DNA of 62,731 nucleotides, filler included, from Vermamoeba vermiformis (GCA_045837725.1; 5 parts of 5 records of this genome joined end to end with filler, not necessarily neighbours in it); one strand, 5' to 3'; shown: positions 10,856 through 24,590, counted from the whole stretch's first letter. Numbers and translations: made by a program. The notes: a model not told the origin generated them from the sequence alone.

Positions 10856-13800
10856 ATGGAAAAAGATCACGATAATACTGCCGATAAGGCGCCTAATGTG
10901 CTGTCCGAAAAGGAAGCCAACATCCGTGCCAAGCAAGTTTCAGATGTTCACTACGACTTCCATTTGTTCTTGGAAAAGGGTTCTGAGACTTACAAAGCAG
11001 ATCTGACCGTCTCTTTTGCATTTACCAAAGTTTCTGAGACCGACGAGCTGTTCTTTGATTTTGTTGGCAAGACTATTGAAAAGCTCTGTAAGTATTTTGA
11101 AAAATTTCAGAAATTAATTTAAGTAGCATTATAACACATTAAGGGCACGTAATTGTAATTATATGCCGACGAATTGGCGCTATAAATTATTTCAATTTCA
11201 AATTTTAGTTTTGAATCCAACTTTTTTCTAACGATTCACACTTTAGCGGTAAATGGTGCTGATGTCGATAAGAGTGCTTTCCACGGCAACAGAATTCACT
11301 TGAAGGACTCGATTTTGAAGTCGGGTGAAAAGAACCAGATGCACATTATTTATGTCAATGATTTTAACCACGACGGTGCTGGTTTCCATCAATTTATTGA
11401 CCCCGAAGATAAGCAGGTACGCTGATATTTATTGTGGCACTTTATTGAGCCTTTAGCGTTTGAGAAAATCTTAAGATCTAAAAATAATATCGAGTTTGAA
11501 CTAATAATAGCTTGCAGGAATATCTTTACACCAACTTCGAGCCTTTTGACGCTCATAGATTATTACCGTGCTTCGATCAACCGAATATTAAGGTGAGTAA
11601 CAGTAAACACGTGTCAATAGATCCGCGTACTTATCACATCTTAGGGTCGCTTTGCCGTTACTATTCGAGGTCCTACTGAGTGGAAGATTCTTGCCAACGA
11701 CAAGTGCGTGTCGAGCAAGGCTGAAGGCGACTTCACCGTGCACACCTATCAAGTGACACCGTTGATGAGCACCTACTTGTTCGCCATTGTTGCTGGTCCT
11801 TATGAAGAGTGGCACGACTCTTACAATAACGGTGAAATCCCTCTTGGTCTCTATGCCCGCAAGTACGTTACTATAGTGCATTAGTGGTTTATACAACTTA
11901 TTGACGTTGGTCGCGTGACAGATCTCAAGCCAAGCACTTGGAGTACCAAGAAATCTTCGAGATTACCAAACAAGGCTTCAAGTTCTACGGCGAGTTCTTC
12001 GATTACAAGTATCCATTCACTAAATACGATCAAGTATTTGCTCCCGAGTTCAACCAGGCACGTGTCCACCATCAAATTGCGCAACCTCTATTGATCCTAT
12101 ATTAACTGTTATGCGCACAGGGTGCTATGGAAAACATTGGTCTCGTGACCTTCAACGAGCATTATACTTTTAAGGAGATCCCAACAACTTACGCACGTGC
12201 CAACAGAGCCGACACCATCTTGCATGAGATGGCTCACATGTGGTTCGGAAATCTTGTCACACCGGTTTGGTGGGACGGATTGTGGCTCAACGAGTCATTT
12301 GCTACCTATATGTAAGTCGAACTATTGCAATGCACCATAATTGCCAATATGTCACGTGCTGTTGACGAATCTGTAACTTTCAAGGGCTGCTCACTGCGTT
12401 TGCGAGGCTACCAAGTTTGGACAAATTGCTTGGCAAGTGTTTAACAGTACGATGAAGGAATGGGCTTATCGGTAAGACTCCAAAACTTTAATCCTGGATT
12501 TAGATCAGATCAGATTCGATAGTGATTTCGTGCTCTCTTAACGGCAAGCTTTTGTCCACTAACAATATCATAATATTAGTGAGGATCAATTGAGCACTAC
12601 CCATCCCATTCAAGGAGAAGTCGCTGACACAGATCAGACCTTATTGAACTTTGACGGAATTACTTACGGCAAAGGTGCTTCTTTGTTGAAACAACTTGTG
12701 AGCATTGTTGGCGTGCAAGGCTTCAAGCTCGGTATGGTATATTACTTCAAGAAATATCAATGGAAGAACACCACTATTGGGGTAAGCAGCGGATGTGCAG
12801 GCGCGGCACGTGACTTTTTGTCTCATCTTTAAATTGAATTCGTAGGACTTTTTGGAGGCTCTCGAGCACGGTGCTGTTGAGAGTGGCCGAAAGGGAGTGT
12901 TCAACGCGCACGAATGGTCGAAGGAGTGGCTGCAGACTGCCGGACTTAACACTTTGAATCCAGTCTTCGAGTGCCAGCACGGCAAGATCCACAAGTTCTG
13001 CGTGCATCAAGTGAGTCTCATTATTTTATTGTATAGCACTACGTATTCTAATCAATGTTTTCAATCACTTTTAGACCGCACCCACTGAACATCCGACTCT
13101 TCGCAAGCATCACTTAGAGGTCTCGTTGTTCGACTACAACAACAGCAAGGTTACCTTGCGCAAGAAGTACGAGATTGATGTGCTGCCGCAAGTCGATACT
13201 GAGCTCTCTGTATTGGCTGGTGAAGCTGAACCTGCCTTCGTGTACATTAACTACAACGACCACGGATTCGCCAAGTGTTTGTTGGACGAGAAGTCTGAAG
13301 CATTTGTTCGTGCTCATTTGAACGAATTCGAAGACGATTTGTTGCGACAATTGTTGTGGGCTTCGTTCTACGTGATGGTTCGCGACTGCAAGTTGAAGAG
13401 CACTAACTACGTGGATCTGGTACGTAACCAACGCCCTTATCTTGACCCGTTTGTTTTGCAAATATTATAACTGATAGTACGACCTATTAACGCAAAACAA
13501 ACTAAAGCGGATTTGACCCCAGATTCGATCGGTTACCCGGACCTACTAACTTCCTTACGTGCAGGTCTTGAGCCAATTGGCCAAAGAAACAGATTCTAAG
13601 CTCGTACAAGCTGTTATGCGCCGATGCAGCGTGGCAGCTACGACTTTTATGCCGCGTGCCTTGCACGAGACTTACTCGGACAAATTGTTCGATTTCTGCT
13701 GGACTCAAATTCAAACTGCCACGGACAAGGACTTCCAGATCATTTGGGCTGGTAAGTGCAAGCAAATCATCATCGCGCAACAAACATCTTCAATTTTCTC

Positions 13801-15438
13801 AAATATTTCTGTCCACAAATTTATGCGTTCGCGTTGCTGCGTCCAACGAGAACCATAACAATTCGCAATCGGATTTTAGTGGTTGCATTTAAGCCACAAA
13901 TTTGCTATTATCGAGACGTAGGCCTGAGTTGGGCAATAATAGCCCCCTCGTCTGTCACTTCGGTGATTTCAACTCAATTAATGAACTAACCTTCAATTCG
14001 AGTGGATGTGCGTGTAACTCGCACCCGGGCCTACTACTTTTTTTTTAACCTCCGAGCAAATCTTCATTTTGGTTCGATCTCTTTGTACAAAAATCGTTAT
14101 TTCTTCTCTCTTTAAGCCTTATTCAACGTACCAAACCAATGAATTATTTTACTCGGTTTCACCCACAAAATTTTTACCCATATTGATTCTTAAAATTTGT
14201 GGGTGCTACCACAATTTTTCGTAAACAAACATGTGGCCCAAAACAAAGTGCTTTGTTCTACAATTCGTTTTTTGAGAAGGTGCCCTGTAACCGCGCTTCA
14301 TCGTTTATTATATATTGTTGTTCATCAATGAGTCAAAAAACTACCACACCACAAAGAAAACTTCTATACTTCGGACTTAAGACTACTGGGCCTGCGATGC
14401 AGGTCTGGTAGTCTTTGCCGCAGGATGCGCGATACGCAATCACTTTCTTTTTGCTTTTTGTGGATGCAGATCAATATTGATATTCAGATCAGATCCTTTT
14501 AAGGACTAGTCGTGGCTAATTATGGCACATTATTAATTAACACAAATTGTACTAACAACAAATGATTATTTTAGTTTGCTAACATGATTACTTTGTAGAT
14601 AACTTGATCAGCTTCGCTGAATCCAAGCAAAGTGTTTTGAAGCTCGTTGAAGTCTTAGAAAAACACGAAGGCAAGCCTAGCGCGCACTATGCATTCAATC
14701 AAACGCACAGATGGCGTATTGTTGTTCGTGCTGTTGCTTGGTCGGTCGAATCTGCTAGCCAACTTCTCGAGAAGGAGAAGGCACGCGATAACAGGTACCT
14801 ATTAGACACATATAATTGCTTTCAATATGTTACACGATACTAATCTCGTACTGTCTTAGTGATGTCGGAGATCGTATGGTGCGTACAGCGGAGTTTTCTC
14901 GATGGGACGCAGCTGTCAAACAGCGGGCTTGGGAACGATTCTTGAGCACTCAACAATGCGAAGGTGTTTCTGTTTGGCAATTAGAAGCCGGTAAGTAATA
15001 TTATACACGGTTTTTAGGAAGTTGAGCTAACGAGGTGGTTGCAGAAATGAGCGGATTCCGTTGGGAACACCAAGACGAATTATTGCGACAATATACTGAC
15101 CTGTTCTTTGCCAACGTGCGAAATGTATTCAAGAACAGAGAAAAAGAATTCGCCAATGCCTTCTTTAGCTCCGTAAGTCAAAAAACTCCACCACGGAATT
15201 TTTTTGCGATCTGATCGAGACACATCCGCTACAAACGTACTTCTTTAATTCAACTCACCCCCTTGTATTATAGTTCTTCCCGTTCTACCCTGAAGAGCCT
15301 GCATTGATCGAGCGTGTCAAGCAATTACTCTCGGAGCTGGATGCGGACAAAGAGAAGGTGTTGCAGTCGCTTCTCAAAGAAGAGCTCGATGACTTAATTC
15401 GTGCTCGTGATTGCCGCGCTCTCGCGTCACAAAAATAA
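10856..15438 (+). CDS. M1 family zinc aminopeptidase (aminopeptidase N-like), multi-exon
   Basis: [18 protein letters not shown]...WLNESFA (HEXXH-18-E), [11 protein letters not shown] and LPCFDQP motifs; stop TAA at 15436-15438. Confidence 0.93.
13918..14046 (+). ncRNA. Candidate structured RNA inside the long aminopeptidase intron
   Basis: Terminal stem GTAGGCC/GGCCTAC; inner stem TGAGTTG/CAACTCA enclosing GGGC/GCCC and TCAC-TTCG-GTGA hairpins; GTGCG/CGCAC hairpin; T9 run. Family not recognised. Confidence 0.4.
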
Positions 15439-16216
15439 TGCTAAGCGTATCTTCAGTTAGTGGTGAACCTTCGGAGGACGAGGAGTTGGTGATTTGCGCT
15501 ATTTTTAGGTGCAGGTACACTTTACCATAAACTTCAATTATTTTAAAAATCGTTTATAATAATAATGTAGAGTAATTAATTTTTTACGCTCTACTCGAAG
15601 GCTTTTCGTTTTGGAATTCAATAGCAGCAAGAATTAAATGAAATTGCATTTGCAAATGTCCGCTTGCACGCTTTAATTCTTGTTAGCGGAGCCATTAATC
15701 GCCGGACGACGTAATAATTTTTATTTATTTTGATGCCACGTGCAATGACAATTTAAATCTTCTTTGAAAGACTGAAATTTCTAAACATTTCATTTGTACG
15801 TTAGTCTATACTTCAGTATTTAAAACTTCTAGAATCGCAGACTTTAGCACTGATCGTAGTATCGATAGTTACCTTGTTTAAGCAAAAATAATGGTATTTT
15901 TGACAAGGCTAGTTTCAGTCCGAATCTAGTTTACTACTGACCTCAATTTGCTTGATCGAAGAGTTTTTCTCATTATATTTGTTTCATTGTGTGTCATACG
16001 GATGAATTTAGATTTGTCTCTTCGCACAGAACGTGAAATTAAATTAATACAAACAAGGAACTTTGATTGACATTGAAAAGTAGTTTGACACGCGGAATAT
16101 TTGACAGGAAATAAATCTGCGTAAATTTTGCAATTTTATCAGTATTATAATTCATCTGATTGATAGCAAGACCACGAGTCTTGTTTTATCTGTTTTTAAA
16201 CCAAAACCAAAGGCAG

Positions 16217-18200
16217 ATGCGATCCGCCTTTGCTTACTTGTTGCTACTAGCAACGTTAGGATGCATCCACGCAAATGTACTTATAGAATCAGGGCCATTA
16301 AATGGTACCTCTTATCGATCGGCTGAGATCTACAGGAGAGGTAACGTGGACACATCCGCTGTACCCCAGCATTTTCAACTAATTTTTGCTGTCTTACAGG
16401 AGATAATTATAACACCAACTTCGAGCCTATCACAGGCCTCCTTGTCTATGAGACAGTTGAAGATGTGAATGGCAAAATAGTTTATATTGAAGACCTGCCC
16501 AAGCGCGAGTTATGGGGCAAAGTCATCGCCCTGAAAGATCGCGGTGCAATCGCTGTTATTCACGGTACTAGTTCAAGTACGTATCGAAAGCATATGAATA
16601 AGTAATATCTGATATTATAACGCCAAACAAAAGTTTCCTTGATTTTACGTCTGACATCCGCAAAGTTTTGTAAAAAGCGATAGCACCCTTCGATTAACAC
16701 TAATATTATTAACTATAGAAATACCTGGTAGAGAATATTGCTCTTACACAGGCCAGGATGCTTCAGAGATCCAGATTCACGTCGCTGGAGTAAAAATTCA
16801 AGAGTTTGAACCAGTTCTGATGCAGATGACTGAAGGATATGAAATCGTCATTACTTTAACGTCTGAAGGTATATTATCCAATTTATATACCATCTAGAAA
16901 CACAGTACAGCGGCGTTTTATGTGATTGCAAAAATTTAAATTTTTCCGATTGACACGTGTCAAAACGAATTTTTCAGCTGGAATTACAGCGCAGCACGCT
17001 CCGCTTATCAGATAGATTCAGTGAAGCACATTAAGATTGGATTACTAAAAGTCACTTTCCTTATTAGGCAATCCTTGGAGCAAGGCGTTCATCAGCATCG
17101 CGACTATTGTATTTATGCGAAGTATTTGTGGCGCGGCTTCGATCGGTTTGATTGGCTTTGCTTTATGGAAGTTGATTATGTTTGTCAAGCGACAAGGCTC
17201 GCACTTCAATGTGCCGCAAGTCTGTCTCGCTCTTGAGATCATCGCTAATATATGTAAGTACCAATATACGCAGAATAAGTTTTAAAACGAAAATTTGTTT
17301 TGAACATCCGCCAAACTTCGGATCTGATCGAGTTTTTTCTTCTCTAATCGATGTCTAATTCTTCAAGTAGGGAGAATACTGTCCACAATAGTCGATCCCT
17401 TGGGCTGCTATCAAGTTCTCCCGACTGTTTTTAGCAATTACGCTAATGCTGCTGCTTTGCCTTTTGGAACCGCTACATTCGTCTTGGTCACTTTCTATTG
17501 GTATGTAAAGATTAATATGATACAAGTAACAATATAAGGGATTAATATAAGCGTTTATAATAGGCACGAAATTATTAGCGATTCATCGATCAAGATCCAC
17601 ATGTTTTTGAATCGGTTGAAAATTCCGTTTTTCGTAATTATGCTATGCTTGATTGCGCTGGATATTACGCTTACTATATCGAGCTACTACTTGGATTTTG
17701 GTCCTACTTTGCCCATCACTATCGTCTACTTGGTGATCTCGACAGCTTTCTTGATCTTCTACATTGTAACTGCTATTCAGATTGCTAAACGCATGCGCGA
17801 TGCTCAAAAACTTAGAAAAGTCGCTCGATTGAATAGAGTAAGCATTAGATCAAACAATTTCCAAACCGTGTACTGGATCCGGATTTGGTATTCTTTTCTT
17901 AGAAAGTTACTGACTGGAATATTTAAGGTGAATGCTAAGATGATTATGAACGCAGCATCAAGATTTGCTGCAATAATTGCAGCGATTGCTTTTGCCCTGT
18001 TAAGTTCGGATCCAGAAACGCAGATCGTTACAGTCTACTTCTTAGTCGCTTTATTATTATTCGACTCCTTCTGTCGCATATTCTTGTTCGATATTCCGCC
18101 AGAAGGTGGTTCATCAGCATCTAATACTTCAAATAAGACTGCTGTTACTGCCGTTGGTGGCGACACTACCAGCTCGACGACTGGAAATGCCGAATTGTAA
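16217..18200 (+). CDS. Signal peptide + protease-associated (PA)-like domain + multi-pass (about 7 TM) membrane protein
   Basis: MRSAFAYLLLLATLGCIHA; EDVNGKIVYI...KVIALKDRGAIAVIHG (PA-like); successive hydrophobic helices in exons 17070-18090; Ser/Thr-rich tail. Confidence 0.65.
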
Positions 18201-18358
18201 TTTTAGTAATAAATAATCATTGAGCGATATCATATGGGTATCATAAAGGTACAACAATTAAATAGTACGATCTTTTTTGCTCCTGGATCGGGCTGATTTT
18301 TTGGCAAATGTTGAAATTAAAGTACGCTTCTATTACATAATAATACAAAGTGATTATT

Positions 18359-18548
18359 CTATCGAATTCGTTTTTCCTCATATATCGACAATATGATGGG
18401 AATAAATATCAAGGCATGAAGTCCAGCAAAAAGTAACGCAAAGAACCAAGTGACTCCGAAATACATTTGAATCAGTTGAAACTCTGAGAACAACAGCAAG
18501 AACACACTGATCAGCGATGAGAGCACACTCATTGATATCATATTGCCT
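18359..18548 (-). CDS. Last exon of a Patched/NPC1-like sterol-sensing-domain protein (rest beyond the contig end)
   Basis: LFSEFQLIQMYFG...GLHALIFIPIILS matches the C-terminal helices of the Patched/NPC1 family. Confidence 0.6.
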
Positions 18549-18586
18549 GAACAAACAAAAACCGATGAGTTGGTTGATCCGGGTAC

Positions 18587-18686
18587 NNNNNNNNNNNNNN
18601 NNNNNNNNNNNNNNNNNNNNNNNNNNNNNNTTAATTAATTAANNNNNNNNNNNNNNNNNNNNNNNNNNNNNNNNNNNNNNNNNNNN
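18587..18686. other. Artificial contig-join spacer (N44-TTAATTAATTAA-N44)
   Basis: Identical 100-nt spacer with stops in all six frames occurs four times. Confidence 0.97.
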
Positions 18687-20907
18687 CTAACGAAGTTAGA
18701 AGAATAGTAGGATATTACGGCAATTAAACACTCACCGACTTGTGCCGAGATGTTGTTCATTTGCTGCTCGTACGCCCTTCTATCTTGCTCAAGCGTTCTG
18801 TGCATCGCTGCGATTCTCTCTTCTTCCTCTCTTTGCCTACCAGTCAAGCATTTAAGTACACACTAAGCTAAGACACCAGTCGTACTTCCTGATTTGTTGC
18901 AGTTTAATATTTTCTGCAGCTTGACGGAATTCATCAGCCTTTTCGTTGAGCAGCTTTTGCTCAAGATCGAACTGGATTTGGGTAAACTCACGAGGCATGA
19001 GTTCTATGATCTCCTCCATACTGGCAAGAGTCAGCGATGATAGTGGTAAGTAATAAGAGCACGTACCGGTTCTTGGAGGCACTGAACTGCTCCTCGAACT
19101 TGTCCCATAGATTTTGAGCGATGAAGCTCTCCCGGGTGTGCGTCTTCCAGTACTTACGAAGAATGCCCTCGGCTTTGTCGAAGGAGGTCGTTACTTTTTC
19201 CTAGGAATATGGTATTAATACATTTAACGTTCTAGATGTGCTAAGTACCTCCAAATGCCCGTATTGCTGGATTTGACGCTCCAATTCAGCTTTGGAAAAG
19301 TTTAAATTCCTTCGTTTCAGGTTGTTAAGCAGCTCTTCAACGTCAGCTACCATCGCGTCGAGCTCTTGCAACCGTCCTTGCACGTGGTTGAGGGCTGGAG
19401 TGCAGGCAGCAGTGATCAATTCAGTGTTGGCTTTTTTCAATGTCGTGTAGATGCCTGCCTCAATTAGTTAGTAACCTCGATAGATTTAAGTCATGTGGTA
19501 CTTACTGCTCTCAGCTGTTTTGTACCCTGGCCAGCCCAACCACTTGCGTAGCTCGTCCTTTTTGGTATTCGCTGCCATCATGACGGGACAACTGTCGACA
19601 AATTTCTTCAACAAATCACCAGCAAACGTGCAGAAGTCCGCGTCCAGTTTTTCTTCGCCTAAAGGTAAGTGTTTGCGCCACTCACAAGCTTTCAAAAGAG
19701 CTTCTCGACGAGTACTCCAATATTGCTCTTCGATCAGCGGGAGCGAGACTTCTTCCCAAGCGTCTATTGAGGAAAAGGTTTCGCCTTGATTCAAACTGGC
19801 GACTAATCTTTTCGTCATAGCGATGAATTCTCGCCCTTTCAACTTGAAATCTGATGAAGATTAGAGCAACCAAGAGCGAGCAAATTTGCTTACCTCCAGT
19901 GGTTTTCATTGAGCTGTCGTCGATTATTAACGTCTTCAATTTGAATACGGTGCGCAAGAAGTTCTCGTCCATGGTCTGGTTCGCTTTGACAGTTTCTTCA
20001 ACAGTGGGCATCCAGTTAATTGGCGGCAAGGTCTGAAGTTTGCTCTCTTCAACGACAGGTTTGGGCACGGTAATGCACATTCTATTGGTGAAATTTTCCC
20101 TAATGCAACTTCTGCTGGCATTACTCTGGTTTGAACCGCTACGACTTCGATTAGCTGACGTTGCATAGATTAGCTAATATCATACTTGTTGCCTTGGCTC
20201 AGCGCGAACTCGAGATATTCGTCTGGCGTGCATTTCTTTCCGTTGGCAGTAAGGCCTGAATAATATATGTAAGTAAAACCTCAAGTCCAATGCTCCTACT
20301 GACTTAAATAAAAGTCTCGAATCAGAAAAATTAATCTAGGGTATTGTAGAGCCTTGTTTGAGCCATATTCTGGTTGCAAGAAGGAGCTAAGAGAAGCAAC
20401 GTAGCCTAAATTCGTAATCGTTGACTCTTTGATGACATTGTTCTCGTTAAGAATTAGCGTGGAAGCCACTGCGACCAACAAGCAATACCTGTCCGAAAAT
20501 TAGCTTGATTGATTTCGCGGTGACCATACATCTTGTTGGCGAATGTTTCATCGCCGGCCCAATCTTGTAGACCTTCACTATCGAGCGCTGCGCCAATAAA
20601 TTAGATAAAATAGAAAAGTCAGTTGATTAAAATTACCGAGTAAATATCCATCTTTGCAAGGAACTATTCGCATCCAAACTCCTTTTGTGCAGGAATCAAT
20701 AGTAGATCCAACGCTGAACCCTTCGCGGTTAGAGTCGGTGAGAGAATTAGTTAGCTGATTGATCAAATATGACTTCCCAGCTCTGCTCGTTCCTACAATC
20801 GCAACCACTTTTAAAGGTGTAGCCAAATGTTTGATGATAGTCTCTGCTTCCGGATCTATGAACAACTTTGACTCGCGTTCGTTCCAGCCCACAAATCGTA
20901 TAGCCAT
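18687..20907 (-). CDS. Guanylate-binding protein (GBP/atlastin-like GTPase) #1, 3' end cut by the contig edge
   Basis: LKVVAIVGTSRAGKSYLINQL (G1), GFSVGSTIDSCTKGVWM, DSEG, LIFLIRDF; coiled-coil C-terminus. Confidence 0.88.
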
Positions 20908-21128
20908 GTTTTCTTCAAGTATTCGAAGTTCGTCCACTGATACTGATTACGAATTGAAAGTAAATCAAAATCAGATTTCAAACTTTATCGTCCATGGAAT
21001 AATCCGGTTAATAATTCGCAGCACTTGCAGCCTCCGTATCTCCAATTCGCTTTTTCAGCGTTTGCAACCGATTAATTTTCGGAACAAAGTTTTCAAAGTT
21101 TGCGTAATCCAATCCGCTTTATTATCCA

Positions 21129-21664
21129 TTACAGTTGAACTTCCGTATAACTTTTACGTAATTTTACAATATAAATGAGTACTGCCATTCCAGAGAACAG
21201 AATTGCAATACCAAACGATACTCCAATAATTACACCAACCAAAAAATCGGAATCTATTCGAGTGTTATTATATGTGAATAGATTAACTGTATGTATGACA
21301 TACCATTTTGCAACGCAGGATCGTGCAACATTTCCGTGAAACGAGGATCTTCGTATGTGCTGCCCAAACAACTATTATAAGAGTATGCAACATCTCCTGA
21401 GCACGACGTGGAGGCTTGTTGCTTGATTAGCATCGTTTCACGATATTCAATCTACTTGCACTACTTACATTTGCACGAAAGTTCCGCGGCGCACCAATAG
21501 CATTTTGAGTTCGAGTTGTAATAATAATCTACGCAAGCGTAGCATGATGTGTAGTTGCTACAAGCTGTGGACGGCGTGTAGTAGCTTGAGGGGCTGTAAT
21601 ATTGGCCAAGTACGATTGCAGGTAGAACGGCCTCCAGTACGAAGAACAATATAACAGTTTTCAT
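21129..21664 (-). CDS. Small secreted/TM protein with a PSI-like Cys-rich domain
   Basis: Signal MKTVILFFVLEAVLPAIVLG; CSNYTSCYACV...CYWCAAELSC; TM VGVIIGVSFGIAILFSGMAVLIYIV; one intron. Confidence 0.6.
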
Positions 21665-21824
21665 TGCGTGTTGTGGTTGTTACCAACGATTTATGTTTAA
21701 CAAATCGTACGATCCTCGCACATGTGCATGAAGTGCCGCAATAGCTGAAAATCAAGCGAATTAGAATTTGAAATTTTAAAATCTCTGGTGCGTGATATTC
21801 AATTAAATCAAACTTACTCGTAAC

Positions 21825-24320
21825 ATGTCAACAACTCAACCCATTGCGGAAAAGCTACTCACTCCCAGTCCGATTGTCTTCATTCAGTACCCGCGTGAAG
21901 AAGATTCCGAAGATCAGGACATAAAACTCACCAACGAAGCAAGAGAACTCTTGACGAAGCTCAACAAGCCTCTCAAGATCATTGGAATCATTGGCTCGTA
22001 TCGTGGAGGAAAGAGTTTCATTCTGAATCAGTTGTTGGGAGTGAAGAAAGGTTTTGATCTTGGTCACGAAGTCGAAGGCAAAACGAGAGATATCTGGCTT
22101 TGGGGCGTTGATCGTGGCGATCATATTGTGCTTGCCGTTGACACTGAAGGGTTAAACGATATTAGCAATAGGTACGTTGCATCGATTTATGATTAATCCT
22201 AACCAGTACTAAGAGATGAGTCTCTGGATGCCAAGATCTTCACTGTCTCCTTGTTAATTTCATCGTATCTAATATACAATGTCATGCAAAAAATCGACGA
22301 GGAAGCTATTCAACGATTGGGGTATGAAAGCGATTGTTGAAGCAGTCGATCTAACCTGCTCTAATAGATTAGTCACGCAACTGATAAAGCATATGAAAAC
22401 ATCGCTGAGAGAGGGCGTAGATTTTAGAGAGCACCTTCCTCCGTTGATGTGGCTTGTTCGGGACTTCAGTTTGCAATTAAAAGAGGTTGGATTGGTGGCT
22501 TACCGATACTGAACCAAGCTGATTGCTTATAAAGGGTGAGTCCTCTGATCGCTGGCTGATAAGAGCATTAGAAGAGCGCAAAGGCAACAACAGCGCTGCC
22601 AAGAAGTCGAACGAAATTCGCAAGGCCATCAACACGTACTTTCCCAAACTGGAGTGTGTGTGCCTTCCGACGCCTGTAAGTACAAACGAAGTATTAGTGT
22701 TGAGCATTCTGTATTAAATATTGGTTAGGTACTGGATATGTCGACTCAGTTGGCTATGATGGAGCACGATCCATCTGTGCTTCGTCCTTCCTTTTTGGAA
22801 AAATCATCGAAGCTCATTCAAAAATTGCACGAAGAAGCTCCCTTGAAAGAGATTTCGATGGGCGGAAAGGCATTGCAATTAGACGGTCCAAGTAAGTCCA
22901 AAATATACAAACCTGTGCTAACTCTAGACAGACTTCGTAGTATTCATCGAGGGATGTTTGAAGGCTCTCAACGGCGATATGGCCTTCAACATACCCGACT
23001 CGTTTAAGGCAATTGCGCGCGAGCAATGCGAGTCTGCTCTTCGTGAGGCTGAAATCTTCTACAATTCCGAAATGCTAAAGGTAATGGTGTCAGCGCCGAT
23101 CCTTCACGAGAGACTTATCTATTTCATAACAGCTAAAATTGCCTCTTGAGCAGAACGCCTTACAACGAGTTCACACCGAGCTTGTTCATCACGCGGCGCA
23201 ACTCGTCACTGCGAAAGCAATTGGAGAAGCCAAGGACGAATGTCTTGATCGTTTAATGGTAAGCAATAGGTTGGCGTACTATTATAACATATGTTAGGCG
23301 ATACTTCAACAATACAATGAGACAAATCAACTCGTTGGCGGGTTATTTTTTACTTATAGTTCGAAAAATAACTCTGCTTCGGAAGAATTCTGCAAGAACG
23401 TCGTCGTCAAATTAATGAAATCTATTGAGGATATATCGAAATTTTCATCTATGAGTGCGTTCAAGCAAGCTCAACAAAAGCGTAAGTTTGTTCGATCTTA
23501 AATCTGTCAAAAAACTCAACGATTTCGAAGTGTTATCGGACTATGACGGGCAAGCTATAGGTCCAGCGAGGCTAGCTTTTCGAGAGCAAGTTTTTAAAGG
23601 AGCTGAAACGAAAGCTACCGAGCTCGCCACCAAGTAAGATCAAGGCTCAAAATTCCACAACTTGCCTAATTCACGGTATAGGTTGAAATTATCTCAGCTA
23701 GAGGTCCAGAGTATGCACCATAAAAGTCTATTGGAAGCTTCGCAACGCGCCATCGAGAACGAAAAAATTAGGTACGTTGACGCGCATAGCAGCTCTGTTC
23801 ATCGTTCCTGACTCACTTTTCTTAAGAATGCAACAAACGCGAATAGAAGCTGAACAACGACAGAATCAAGCAATTCATAACATACAGGTACTTCAACAAA
23901 GCCATCAAAAAGAGAAGATCGCGTGGCAGCGCCGCCTTGAAGTAAGTACTCCAAGTAGCGACTCGACCTGTAATTGACTAACGGTAAATTTAAACAGAGT
24001 CACCAACAAGAAATCAATCAACGATTGATTGTCGTTAGGCAAGAAAATCAGCAATTAATGCAAGAGGCGATCGAGCGCCATCGCCAAAGAATGGAAGCAG
24101 AATACGAAAGGTATTAAATGAACTAATTCAACATGGACTTATTATAACCTAGGAGACGACTCGAACAAGAAGCGGCGGAGAGAAGACGACAACAACAAAT
24201 CCAGCAACAGCAGATGTAAGCCAACGATAATATTATATCAATCTAATTTTGCTTACCAGGATTTATGCTACGGTTAATACCTTCAACAACATGGTAGCAA
24301 GTTTTGCCTCTGGTTGGTGA
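21825..24320 (+). CDS. Guanylate-binding protein (GBP) #2, multi-exon
   Basis: GIIGSYRGGKSFILNQL, GFDLGHEVEGKTRDIWLW, VDTEGL, WLVRDF, LPTP; Gln/Glu-rich coiled tail. Confidence 0.9.
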
Positions 24321-24590
24321 TCGATCTGCCTGTCTAAAAATGAATCAATTTGCCAGGCATCTGTAAACGTAATTATTGCATATTTTACATATTTTCTTTC
24401 ATGCTAAATAAAAGTATTTTACAAATAAAATGACAATTGGATTGGATGAAGGATCCGGACTTACCAGTGCCTGAATTACACAAAGACAAACAACCAAAAT
24501 TTCAACTAGGTGTTTTTGTTATATTGTTCATCAGTTCGTGAATGAAATAAAAGGGCGCGAAATTTTAATGTCTCTTTGGTAAAATTAATT

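Noticed and set aside
13984-13993. Telomerase RNA template in the intronic structured element
   Set aside because: AACTAACCTT lacks the CCCTAA register needed to template TTAGGG.
18631-18642. TTAATTAATTAA as a biological motif or target-site duplication
   Set aside because: Synthetic six-frame-stop linker within N runs.
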